A stretch of 62,607 bases of DNA, counting the filler, from Platydemus manokwari (Eukaryota): the NCBI GenBank assembly GCA_037951405.1. It is 5 parts of 5 records of this genome, joined end to end, with 100 filler letters (N's around TTAATTAATTAA, not from the genome) between each part and the next. Parts side by side here need not be neighbours in the genome. Positions count along the whole stretch, not along the records: positions 10,126 to 23,950 come from JBBMOY011605852.1; 4 more parts are not named here. One strand, 5' to 3'. The notes beneath the pieces were generated by a model. The model was not told the origin of the DNA and ran no database searches. It worked only from the letters and a program-made list of their open reading frames with translations. A program made the translations under genes and the position numbers. Below, one piece after another: positions 10,299 to 22,636 of the stretch; position 1 is the first letter of the stretch, and every line of letters starts with the position of its first letter.

Positions 10299-11774
10299 TT
10301 TTCAATGGGAGGACAGAGCGACACATTTCATGGTAAATTCAATAGTTGGAAATCATCGGGATGGAACTGGTTAAATTTGGCTATTTATATTGTGTTCCTC
10401 ATAGGATTCATTTTACGATTTACCGTGAATGACAGTGATTTCGTTTATTGCCGAACGATATTTTCGTTATCATTGAGCATGTTTTACATTCGATTCATGG
10501 AATATTATTATGTTCAAAAAACCGTTGGTCCGAAAGTTATTATGATAAGTCGTATGGTTGGTGAAGTTTAAGTATGAAAGATTAGCTTAGCTTATCTACT
10601 TTGATTCAGTTGAAAGATATTGTATTTTTTCTCGCAATCTATGTCATATCACTCTTGGCTTATGGAACCCTTTCAATGGCTTTACTCTATCCAAACACAC
10701 CCCCTCAAAGCAACCTCATGAAAAATATCATCTATACTCCATTCTGGCAACTTTTCGGACAAATTGATCTCACCTACATGGAAGGTTTGATTCTAGAAAA
10801 AATATGATTTAAAATCGAATTACATTTCATTGTAGGAACAAACTGCAATGGCGGTAGATGTGGTACTCCAAATGCTATTGTTATCATTGCCAATGCTTTG
10901 TTTTTGATTTTTGCCAATGTTTTATTATTGAGTCTCTTGATAGCTATGTTTCAGTAAGTGGACAGAACATCATTGATTTAAATATTTTAATAAATAAGAA
11001 AATCATATCCGTTATAACAAAATTCGTATTTTAATTCGTATTCTTATTGTTCTCCTTTTTAAGAGTGACTTTCACAAAAGTCGAAGAACAATCCAATCGT
11101 GTTTGGGCTTTCACCAGATATCGAATGATAGAGAATTTCTACTACAGTCCAATATTGCCTCCACCATTTAATTTTTTCGAAATCTTTTGGCATTCTTGTA
11201 AAGTGATTTGGTGTATCAGAAATGGCAATGGTCACTTATCTCAAGATGACTTTAGTACGTTATTGTCTTACCACAAACTTGTTACAATGATTTACGCTTT
11301 AATATCTGAAATTGAGATTAACAAAATCTTTATACTGGAACAGAATTCATAATTTTACTGGTAAAATTTTAATTTTTTGGTTTTTAGTTGTAAACGTGGA
11401 ACACGAAGAAGATGTCAAGTGTTCCGAATTCGAACAACATTGCATGGAAACATGTCTCATCAGTAATTCATTGTTTACAGATCCGTCCACCAAAGAATCG
11501 AAAGCGCCTTTGTAATTTTTATTAATTTCTAAAATTTATCATCATTACAATTTTTATTCTAGGTTAAGGCCCAGTGATTCCATTCGAAACCAGTCGGCCC
11601 TTATCGATTTTGAAAACCAATTGTATGATTTAGTGAAAAACAAAACGCATTTTAATATTTTTCAGGGTATGCATAAATAGTTCGTTAAATGAAAACAGTA
11701 AGGCGTTGAAAACAATATCAGAAAAAGTTTATAAAATACGTCGTTATCAAAAGAGGCATTCTAATTCAGGATAA
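10299..11774 (+). CDS. TRPM: TRPM-family cation channel, 3' part (S3-S6, TRP helix, C-terminal coil). Exons 10299-10556, 10610-10784, 10836-10953, 11064-11254, 11388-11511, 11563-11622, 11666-11774; 5' exons missing
   Basis: All introns are GT-AG and phase-compatible, giving 344 aa. TRPM signatures: VGPKVIMISRMLKDIVFFL, PFWQLFGQI pore loop, pore Cys pair (C-NGGR-C), NVLLLSLLIAMF, W-AFTRY TRP box and LPPPF. Confidence 0.93.
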
Positions 11775-12238
11775 TCAAAACCGAAAATTTAGAATAATCA
11801 CAAACATTGTATATATCGATTAATTTTATAAGCAAGATATCAGAAACTCTTACCAAAAAATTATTTCATTTAATATATTCGTGTTTTTAGTGTAATTGAT
11901 AACTCATATTATTGGGTCGGCCCTTCATAATGATATAGTGATAATAATTAATATATACATTATTTTGCTAAATAGTATATGGCTAAAAATAAATAAATTC
12001 CAAAAATAGAATAAATATAAATAAAGTACATTAGTAACTAAAAATAGAAATGATAAAAAATAGAATAATAAAAATAGCATAAAATAATGCTAAAAAGAAT
12101 AATGGAAAAAATAGAAGATAAAGAAAACTACTATAAAGCAAAAATAAAAACATTGTCGAAAAACATGAGTCAAATTATCTCTAAATCATGGCTACAGTCA
12201 AGAAAAGACAGATAAGAACAATAATTTTCATTGAAAAC

Positions 12239-12283
12239 TATATATATATATATTGTTATTGTTATTGTTATTGTTATTGTTAT
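12239..12283. repeat. (TA)n(TATTGT)n microsatellite within an A-rich AAAAATAG-repeat tract (~11990-12150)
   Basis: Direct reading. Confidence 0.85.
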
Positions 12284-13089
12284 AAAGTTAGCAGCGTAAA
12301 AAGAAGAGAAATGAAGGAGAGCTGTAGCAATTTCAAGAAATATAATATCAACTCCAGTTTGTACTTGGCGCATTTCAGTCTCACTGTAACTAGAACACTG
12401 TAATCATCTTACAATCGTTTTCTACTAAATCATAAAATAACCTTTTATAAAAACATTTACTGTTGTAATACTTAAATCCAACCTCCAGTAAATATACTTA
12501 TTAAAGTTAAATTTCAATATATTTGTACTGATGGAATCCTACTAGCCTGTTGCTAAGTAGAATTTGATGTGACGTATTAAAGATAATTCAACTAGTATAA
12601 ACTCGTTGAATGATTTGTAATTTAAATTGATGTGATTAAAATAAAAAAATGGCGATTCCACCAATGATCTGATCTCAATCAGAATAAGCAGTTGCGTGTT
12701 ATAATTCGAACAATATAAGAATGGTAGAGCAATAAAATGATGAAGCATTAATAATAATACTTTTATTATAATATATAATTATCAAATATGCGATGTGATG
12801 ATTTTTAAAGATATTAGTGTTGTGCACTGAAGAAACTAACAACCGACGAAGGGAACTAGGTGCGGTCCTAATTTGGAAAATTAACTAAATAAATGAGTTT
12901 AGATGTTGCAAATCTTGTTGGCTTTGCAAGTTAATTTTTTGGCTCTACAAATCTCATCGAACTTTGTAAGAGGATAATCGATTTATAATTAATAAAATCA
13001 TAATAGCCGGGTGATATATTAATGGCAAAATGATTCGAATTGGCTTAATAGATATAGTGAATTTCAATGTTATTCCGACAATTGGGTGA

Positions 13090-13133
13090 TGAGATCCCAT
13101 GTTCCAATGATCCCATGTTCCAAGATCCAATGT
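13090..13133. repeat. Three tandem copies of GATCC(C/A)ATGTTC(CAA), probably a transposon subterminal repeat
   Basis: gatcccatgttccaat gatcccatgttccaa gatccaatgttc. Confidence 0.7.
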
Positions 13134-13506
13134 TCGCGTACTGAGCGATTATGAAATTTTATTGCCAAATTTTTATGCTGAATTCTGGAGTCGAATTTTG
13201 TGCATTTGTTTAATTTTGGCCTGGGTTTATACATCCAGATTTTTGTGAAAGTGATTATTAATTTCCTGTAAATTTATTTATTTTCCATAGAGATATTTAA
13301 AATTAATAAATTTTATCGACACAGAACCATACAATAGATAAAATCAGATTGCTAAACTGGTTATTTACGTAAAATCAAAACTATTGTTATCTTATTGTAT
13401 TATAATTTATTTTATTCTATCGATTGTGTCTAGTGTAATAGTAACAATAAATTATTAAAATCGAATGATTGATTTTATTATTTATCTATAATTTAACCTC
13501 ATGTAA

Positions 13507-14109
13507 TGTTGTAAGCCGAATGTTATGTTAGGATCCGAACCCACAGTGAGTCACACAACGACAAATAACATGTTGCGCCCACAAACATAGTTACATGAAT
13601 AAAAATCCTAAAATCCTAAAAATAAACTTGCAATTAAAAATAGAAATATATAATTACAAAAATAGAACGTATAATACAAAAAACTATAAATAGAATTTAA
13701 TAATTGCAAAAATAGAACAGAGAAGAAATTCTAAATATAGAAAAATTGCGATTAGCAGAAACCATAATAAAAAATGGTATTAAAGAAGCCAGATAGTTAG
13801 AACAAGGTCACAAATATAGAATAGCGACAAACTTCACAGTCACATCACAGACAGAGTACGACAAGACACCAAGTTAGAAAACGAAAATTAGTCCCAGCAA
13901 GAAGAATTAGTCATCTTGCCCTCTGGTTAAGTGAGTCAACACTTCGCCAGTTCTGTTTTTACATAATTATAGTAATCCACTTTGTTAAATATTTATTGTA
14001 TTTGATTGATTATTAACTGTACTTTTCAGTATATCCCCGTTATTGTTATTTATCATATCTTTATCTTTAATTAAATCGCAACCTGCATTACTTCACACGA
14101 AACACAACA
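13507..14109 (+). mobile_element. Possible LTR
   Basis: TGTTG...CAACA termini, with internal AAAAATAGAA repeats similar to ~12000-12150. No TSD or clear PBS. Confidence 0.3.
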
Positions 14110-16799
14110 GATTGTTTGGAGTGCGATCTGTAAAAACAACGAGCAACTCAACAACCAGTCACACCTCATTCTCAATAAAACCAAAATCCAATAGTTATAA
14201 AGCATGCATTATATGTTATAAAGACACCCGATTATATGTTTAGGGAAAATTATTTAAAGAAATTTATATTTTTTTATTTTAATTTATAAAAACAATTTAA
14301 TTAATAACAATGTTTATAATACACATACACCTTTTGGAGTCAGGAATAATAATTAAATATTATTCGTAAAAATCAATAATAGCCCCACTCATTTATTAAT
14401 TATCTACTCATTCTTATTAATTGTCATAATATTTGATTTGTTTTGATTTTAGTTATAATAAATAAATAAACATTGTAAACCCAACAATATATGTTATACG
14501 TGTCACGATATTATTCTTATCAGGTTCAATGAATTTTCGAGTTATTATTTTGTTACTTGTATAATTTTTTGTCCTGTTGTTGGAGATAGACGCCCTCCTA
14601 CAAAAAAATTCGCTCTAACTAAAAGCAGCCCGGAGAATACATGACTATATCGATTTAGTATGCTACAGAAAAAAAATAAATATGCAATAAATATTTATAT
14701 GTAATCCAATAATAAAGCAGCTCTGAGATAAGACATTGTATTTTAACGACATTTAAAATTTACTAATGTTTATTGAGTTGTGTTATATTTTTAGCAATAT
14801 TTAATTTAAAGCCAAAAATAAACATAATATCGAGTATCATCGACATGTGATTCATAAAGCTCATATAGAGCTGAATAAAGGATAACAATAACAAACAAAA
14901 GTTCGAGAACTGGAAAACTTTACAATGTGCCATTTACAGAAATCAATAATTTTAAATCTCATTTTTAAAGTCTCGTACTTGTCATGACTAAACCTGGGAT
15001 TTATTGATCTTTTAAAAATAACTGTAATTTCAAATCAATCGTACTACATAAGTCGGTCTAAAGTTTAACTTAAACGTAAATGTATTTATTATCCTAGGGA
15101 TCTTATACCCAGAAGAAAATTGTCCAGGTGTGAAGATCTAAAATTAACATCGAATATAAGGTGTCACAGCATGAACAAGTAGATATTAGTGATTTTCAAC
15201 TACATAATAAGAGGGATTTTTATACGTCTCGAATATTATTATTATCAAACAAAGTAAGAGCGGCCAAATAAAGCAAAATATTCTCATTATATACAAGCTA
15301 TTCGTATTTACTGAATCAGTATTGTCTTATTAATATTCCAGCAATATGCATTTTAATATCCAATTAGACGGACGCTTTGTTGAGTTTGAAGTAAATTGAA
15401 TTAACTAAGCATCTTAAAATAAAAAAAATCGCTATAAAGACTCGTAGCATGTGTATTAGGAACACGTTTTTGGAATTTTATCGAAATAACTCCAAAGGGT
15501 TCATTCCTTTTATCGATTTTTATCGAGCTGATTCATTTAAACTCTGAAATGAAAATCGATTTAATGGCGGATCAATTTACAGAATAACTTATTCACCAAC
15601 AGTCATGGGAAATTCATTGATCAAATAAAAGTGAATGCTTTAGAAACCTCTGAAAACCTATGTCAGATTATTCAGAAATATGTCACGATAAATGCAAAAT
15701 TCACATACCTTCTATAAACACCACCACACATGGAGTTCAAAGTTACAATTTAATTTCAGAAACCGAATTTTTGTTTGTGATCCACCAAGTGGTCAAGCAA
15801 AGAAAATCACAATGAAAAGAGAACATGTAATTCCATAGGTAATTTTAAATATTTAGTTAATGAAATATCTTCCAGTCGTTAAAGATGTAAAATTATTTGT
15901 ATAAGGTTTTTAGAATTCTTTAATTTATCTGACTCGAACAATTTAATCCTCGGGTATTATCAAATAATATTTTAGATATAAATACTAATTATAAAATAAA
16001 ACAATACAAAGCAATAAAATATGAAATAATTATATGAAATAATTTTACAACACTAGAAGACAATGCAGTAAATTTAAGGTTAAACTAAAGGGCCTGCCGC
16101 TTAGGTGCTAGTGCAAGTCTCACTGTAAAAAGTGAAATTAGAGAACCAAAAATTGAGTCGATTATGAAAGTTTAAGAGATCGTTAGGCTACTACTAGTCG
16201 TGGGTTTTCAGTTAATTATAACAGAAAAAATAAAATTTATCCATCATAAAATTGTGAAAATCTTCAAAATAATTGCAACAATAAATAAAATTCGGTGTAT
16301 CAGAGAATATTAACATGATTCACTTGAAAAAATTACCCAAATAAAGTTGACATTGAAATTTTGTAATGACAATTTTGTACTCGTAATACTTTGCTCGAAT
16401 TATTGAGCGTGGAATGACTAGTGATACTTAGTTGTTTACTATTTGCACGTTAGTGTGTTTTATGCATTACGTCGCTATTTTCAGTAATATTCTATATTTA
16501 GGAGCACTTTTTTTATTATTTTTGGTGCATATTATAGATGAATTACAATGTTAGTCAAAGTAGTCATTTTAAGTGACTTTTGTTGATATTCTATTTTTGG
16601 ACATCTCGAGATTTCTATTTGTGAATTTTGATTGAATTTTCATAATGACCTTGGGGTCGATTAAACAATTATAATTTTGATACGAATAAATATATTTTAA
16701 AGTATTTATGTATTTTTTGTTGAAAAATTTTAACTATATTTTATTTTGTTTCTAAATTATTCTATATTTATTGCTCATCATTATTTGATTGCTCAGGTG

Positions 16800-17300
16800 G
16801 TTCTAGTGATTTCCCACGCAGCTATTGCACAAAGCGTTTTATTCTGAAATAAATTCGTCATTTTATTTTGACAATATAGTACATGTAATAATCTAATTTT
16901 TTTATTTCTTTGCTTTTTCGGACAAATTTATTTTTCATAAATTAATTTCACAACATCGTTGAATCGTTTTTTGAAATTTTTCTCTTTGTTAGTAGAGTTT
17001 CAAACACTGTTTATTTATCTCCATTGGGTGCATTCTTGGTTTTCCTGTTTGCAGCGTCTATATTTTCCAAATTGGTGTAACATTATTTTTCATGGTGTGA
17101 TCAATGTTGACATCTATTAAACCGGACTGAATTCGATCAATTTTTGGTTATGTGATCCCTTTCATTACAGGTATAACACGTTATAACCTTTGGAATTTTA
17201 GAGCTTCGTGATATATAACTTGATTGATTGGAAGTTGTAGTATGTACTGGTTTCTATTCTCCTTACCTGCTTCTTTGGCTTTTGATTGGTTTTTTGATAA
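16800..17300 (-). pseudogene. Decayed retroelement gag/ORF1 with CCHC zinc knuckles
   Basis: The minus strand reads VITCYTCNERDHITKN* (last Cys codon now TGA) at 17137-17187. It is followed by FNRCQH*SHHEK*C and LCNSCVGNH. Confidence 0.6.
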
Positions 17301-20260
17301 TTTTATTATTTGATTGGTTTTCTTTTTTCAAAATAAGTGAAATATGATATTCTATCGAATCATAAAATAGTGCCAAATTTTATAAATATAATTAAATATT
17401 TTTGATTAAAAAACACTTTGAAAATTGGAAAATTTCTCAATAAAAATGTGGAATTTGAAATGATAAATTAGAAAACAGTAAATTACTCTTGTTGAGCTTC
17501 AGGTGATCAAATATTACGATCATATGATAGCGTCATCTCATCAAAGTTCAATTACATGGTGATTATTGTTAATAATCGGCATAGTTTACGTTGATTTGTA
17601 ATGCCAACAATGTTTACAGAAATTTTTAAAAATATAATTTCCCCAAAAACAAAATGAATTTATTGATAATTGGAATGATTTTAATGTAGTACCATTGCTA
17701 TAGAACTTATAATATTGGCTGAAAATTTGAATTATAAATTATTACCTTAATAATTCATTATTATTTTCATTGTTTTAATTATTATTATTATTATTAATGA
17801 TATGAACAACATTAATATCCACAATGATATTATTTTTATGCTATTACGGTTAAATAAGCAATTTGTTATTATCATAATTTGTTTAATTACATAAAATTTA
17901 TATTTTTAATTATTTAAATAAAATCCCTAAAACTGATTAATTAAAATTTTAAAATCAGTATTGTTCAAATCAATTTCTTAACCACTGAACCACATTTATT
18001 TTAAAAATAAAAATTTCAATAAGATTAAAACTTCTCTTTAAAGATTCTCTATACATATTAAATAAATAATTCATTTCATTAATTACAGTAAATGAATGTA
18101 AAGATATTAGTTATTGATTTCTACGGAACAGTTGCCCTTATCGAAAAATAATGAAATGTAGAAATGTTTTCCCTTCATCTACGACAAAGGATATTCAATT
18201 CAATTGAGTATATGACGAAGATATTCTTCTGAAACATAATGCATTCAACAGCGATAGTTCGAGATATTTTTATTTTTATATAAAATAGTAAAAACAATTT
18301 GCTAGAGAATCGAGGATATTTTAGATTTATTTGATAAAAAAATAGTTTCAATACTCTTCAAGAATATTGGTGACTATTACATTGACCACTGTCGTTACAA
18401 CATTCATTAGATATAACCATAAATTTATTATACCATCAAATTAAATGTCATGGTTATTGTTATTATTATTTATAACCATATTATTATCAACGGCATTTAT
18501 AATCTTTATCGAGTTAAGCACTAGAAATTATTAATTTTGATCTCACATAAGTTCAGATTATATTAGAAGTGATAGATAATAAAATAAGGTTAGCCATCAA
18601 TAAATCTTAACAACTTTGATTGGTTGGATCATTAAATTTAAAAACATTAAATAATTGTTATTGCGTGATTGAATACATCAAAATAGCAAAAATAATGTCT
18701 AAAGATTTGACAGTTAAGTTTAAATAGCCAGGTCTTATGCAACCACATTACCTCATCAATTAAATAAAAACTAAAAAGAAAAATTGCCGATATTTACTAC
18801 TATTGAGAATCAGCTCAAAATATTTGTATATAATTATTAAATTGTCAGTGATATGATATCCATTAATTTAAACAAACATGTTTAGAATATAGCTCATTTC
18901 TCGTTAAGAATCTTTTCATCTCTTCTTCCGATACAATATCTGCTTAAAGTGACCATCTGAATTCTTTGATTAAAAATCTTGTTTTGTGATTATACAAGCA
19001 ATTTACTTCCCACTTTAAGATTATATTTCTTTCTTGTACCTCTATCCAATCATTATCATCTTGATAGTTACAATATTCGAGTTTTCTTCAGATGTTTCAA
19101 TATTCTCTATGTGGAATATTCAGTAGTTTCCTTAGTGATATTTAAAATAGTTTAGAATGATACTGAAAATTCTATTTTCATATTCTTCAAAAACAAGTTG
19201 GATGAATCTATCAATGATAATCTTTTACTCGACTGAACCTTAACTGCACTATTAGTGGTTCCGGAAAATCTTTATTATTTAGATATCTCAAGATGTCTTG
19301 ACTTATCTTTCTTATTGGACATATAAAGCAAGTTCAATACAATTTTGATTGGTTTCGAATATATCTGAATAATAAAAATATTCTTTCTAGGTTCACTTTC
19401 TTGTGTTTGTGTTTTATCAATTTTGTCATGTGGTTTCTCGGCAAAATAGTTGCTGCTTTATGTTTTTATCCATTACATTTTATTATTTTTTCAGAGATTT
19501 CACTTTCCTAAATTCTCATTACGTGATAACAGATATTGGATATTTGACTTTCAAAAAAATTTTTTAATTATTTTATCTTTGTTCATAAATTTTCTTTCTC
19601 TCGAATTTTAGTCAGATATCCAGTCTTTATTTGAGTCGTTGCGGTTTTCTGATTCTCTTTACTGAAGTCAAAAATCAAACTGAAATAGGTCAGTGAGGAT
19701 TGACTGAGACCAATAACTAATGAGCTCATTGGAAATAAAGAATGCCATACAATTTTCTCTATTGATGAACTTTATCACTTGAAACCATATTATAAAATGA
19801 ACAAAGAACTCGCAAAGATCTTTTCTAGTTACGCACGAACTTTATTAGTTAATTGTTATCAATAACATGTACTTTATATCAGCTTCATGGCCATACTCAG
19901 TTACTTCATTGAGTAGGACACCATTTACACCAAAAACAGTATCTCAATCAATTGGAAATATTAGGTTCTCGGCACGATAATTGATGGTTAGCATAGTTAA
20001 TTTTTCAAAATAGTAAAACTTTTACCTTAATATATTTTCATAGCACCTTTGCTTCAATATTAACCAAGGAATTTAATTCACTGTTTAACAACTTCGTTTA
20101 TCTGTATTCATCTTGAGACCCAATAATGAGCATCAAATTCTGATCAGTTGCTGTGGTCCTGGTTAAACCCAAAGAAATCTATTTATATAATACTAACTAG
20201 TACTCACAGTTAGTGTTTTTAGTAGATTTGTTATGATGCTTTAAACTTGTCTACCTAGAC

Positions 20261-20840
20261 CAGTGGTTCTCAACCTTTTTTCTATGGTGACCCATTTTCC
20301 CATTTTTGAGATATTGGTGACCCCAAAGAAAATCAATATTACTAAAATTAAGTCATTATTCACCATATTTAGTGAAACCAATTTGCAACAAGTTAATGAG
20401 AATGTTTATACTTTTACCTTTCACAAGCTTTTCGATTTGAGGAAGTGTTGCAGATTATGCACATCGCAAACCATTTTCCGCACTAAGTCTGTTTCTGGAC
20501 TTTGATTTGATCATCAATAGTGAAGGGATGCATGTTTCACACATATATGTAGATAGGAAAGGCATGATGACACGAAGAATTTTATTCTGATAAAGTAGGA
20601 TAATTGGACAATTGCTTTACCCAAAAATTGCCTGAGAGATAGACTTGAAATCCGTCTTTCAAATGTGATTTCAGTCGAGTCTTCTTCCATGTATTTATTA
20701 AGTGTAGGAAGCATATTTAAATTTTTGGATTTGATTTTCTAAAGCCAAAGATCCAGCTTCATTCCGAACGCATTAAGATTCTAGACGTAGATATTGTTCT
20801 TTTGTTAATAAGATGTTAAGCTTCAGATGTGATTATGTCA
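20261..20840 (-). mobile_element. hAT (Buster/Charlie, ZBED5-like) transposon 3' end with internally deleted transposase
   Basis: TIR CAGTGGTTCTCAACC at 20261 with GACCC subterminal motifs and an 8-bp flank acctagac. Minus-strand LNAFGMKLDLW...NMLPTL and YPTLSE*..VIMPFLSTYMCE...LMIKSKSRNRLSAENGLRCA match the hAT C-terminal dimerisation region. Confidence 0.9.
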
Positions 20841-22110
20841 ATCTGTCAAAATACACACAAATAAAGGATCATCACATATTTTCTAATTATATTACAATTA
20901 ATTTTATTCTTTATTGACGGAATGTAAGCAACTGATTTCGTATTGGTTTTATATTCTCTAGTGTCATGAATTGATTCTTATTTTCATAGTAGAGGCAAGA
21001 TCGTCAGTGGCTAGAAAATAACCACCTATCTATAAATTAAGCATCTAAGAAATTAATGATTCTTCTTTAAGTCAGAATCTGCTTTAGTAAGTCCCTATTT
21101 TAAGGTTCTTGCATGGCATGGAAATATATCATAGCATCCTTTTATGTTTCTTGATATTTGATAATCAGTTATATTTTTTAATTCAGATTTACCAATATCA
21201 CAACATGACTTATTTTAAGTGGTTCTCAACAGTTCAACTAAAATGTCAAACACATTACAAAATTTCATTAAATTGATTTATCAGACATGATCAATAATAA
21301 CATGCCATGATTGACTTTAGTCTTTAAGATTATTAAAATATACATTTACATATCTATCTAATAAACTTTCAAAATTATTTCATTTGATACTGAAATTTGT
21401 TAAAGGTATTGGTTCATTTGTGTCAGAATATCTTATCAAAAATATCGATAATTCAATGCTAATATTTCATAAGACTAAAGTAGTTATTATTTGCAATATG
21501 ATATTGCTATATAGCCAAATTATTTTGATCATTAACTTCACTATGCTAATCGCTACTCTTCATATATGCTGTAAATCGAGTATAAGCCAATATACATCAA
21601 TAGAAGACATCATATATTAAGATACTCATACTAAATAAATTTAACAATTATAATGTCAAATGATGTGCTTGACTTTATTTGGGTTGCGAACCAAATGTAG
21701 TTAGAAACTTATTTCTATCTAATCCTTTTAAATGCGAAATATCATCGTCGTTTTTGGATTTGTTTTATTCAATATCTTTTTAATCTCATTTACCTTTAAA
21801 CAATAAAGTTGGATACAAGAAGTATATGACCAGTAATCATTTATCGAAAATCAAACACGCGTACAAGCCCATATTTTATCCAATAATATATTAAAACAAA
21901 AACTTACTGAAATAATTATTCATCACAAACAATATTAATTTACCATCGATCACATGATTCAAATTCATAAATCAATATATCTAATTCAATCAAAAATGAA
22001 ACAGGATTAACACAATTCAAATGTATTTAATTAAAATGATAGTAATCGAATGAAACAGTAATTTTTAAAAAAAAAATAGAACACTGTTTAACGCAGAAAA
22101 CAATGGAAAT

Positions 22111-22636
22111 TTAAAATCGATAATAAAGCGTATTGTCCTTCGTTTGTTGCTTGACAGGTGCAAATCCTAAACGATTATTGCCCAAATCAAATTCTGTATA
22201 ATATCGACCAATGAACACATCTCCCAGAATGTAGAAAGGAATGCCTTCAAGCGAAGTAAATCCACTCAAGCAAATATTTTGAGGCTACAAAGGAAAAACA
22301 TTAGCCATGTTGACAAGTTGTTTAATGATAACAAATTACCAATTTGAGAATATAATCAATGGCCTTGAGTGGAAAATTTTGACCATTGATTTGAATATTG
22401 ACAACGGGTAGTTTTGTAATAGAGTCGCATGGAACCATTGTCTAAATCAGTAAATATATAACTGTCTCGGAAACCATTTGAAATATAATGAAAAAATAAC
22501 CATTCCACGAAAACTGGTGCCATTAAATTTAGAGTTGATATCATCCATCACATCTTTCGGTCCAACAATTAATGATGTCCCGGTATCGGCAATAGCGACA
22601 CAATTATTACAATATGTTTTACCATACATTGAGAAA
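22111..22636 (-). CDS. Cathepsin D/E-like aspartic protease (peptidase A1), last three exons 22636-22501, 22441-22340, 22284-22111; 5' exons missing
   Basis: Spliced translation ...[18 protein letters not shown]...[10 protein letters not shown]...[15 protein letters not shown]...[26 protein letters not shown]. It includes the second catalytic DTG, and the introns are GT-AG phase 0. Confidence 0.95.

Noticed and set aside
12170-12403. ORFs with YCYCYC / ITITIT runs
   Set aside because: They are translations of a (TATTGT)n microsatellite.
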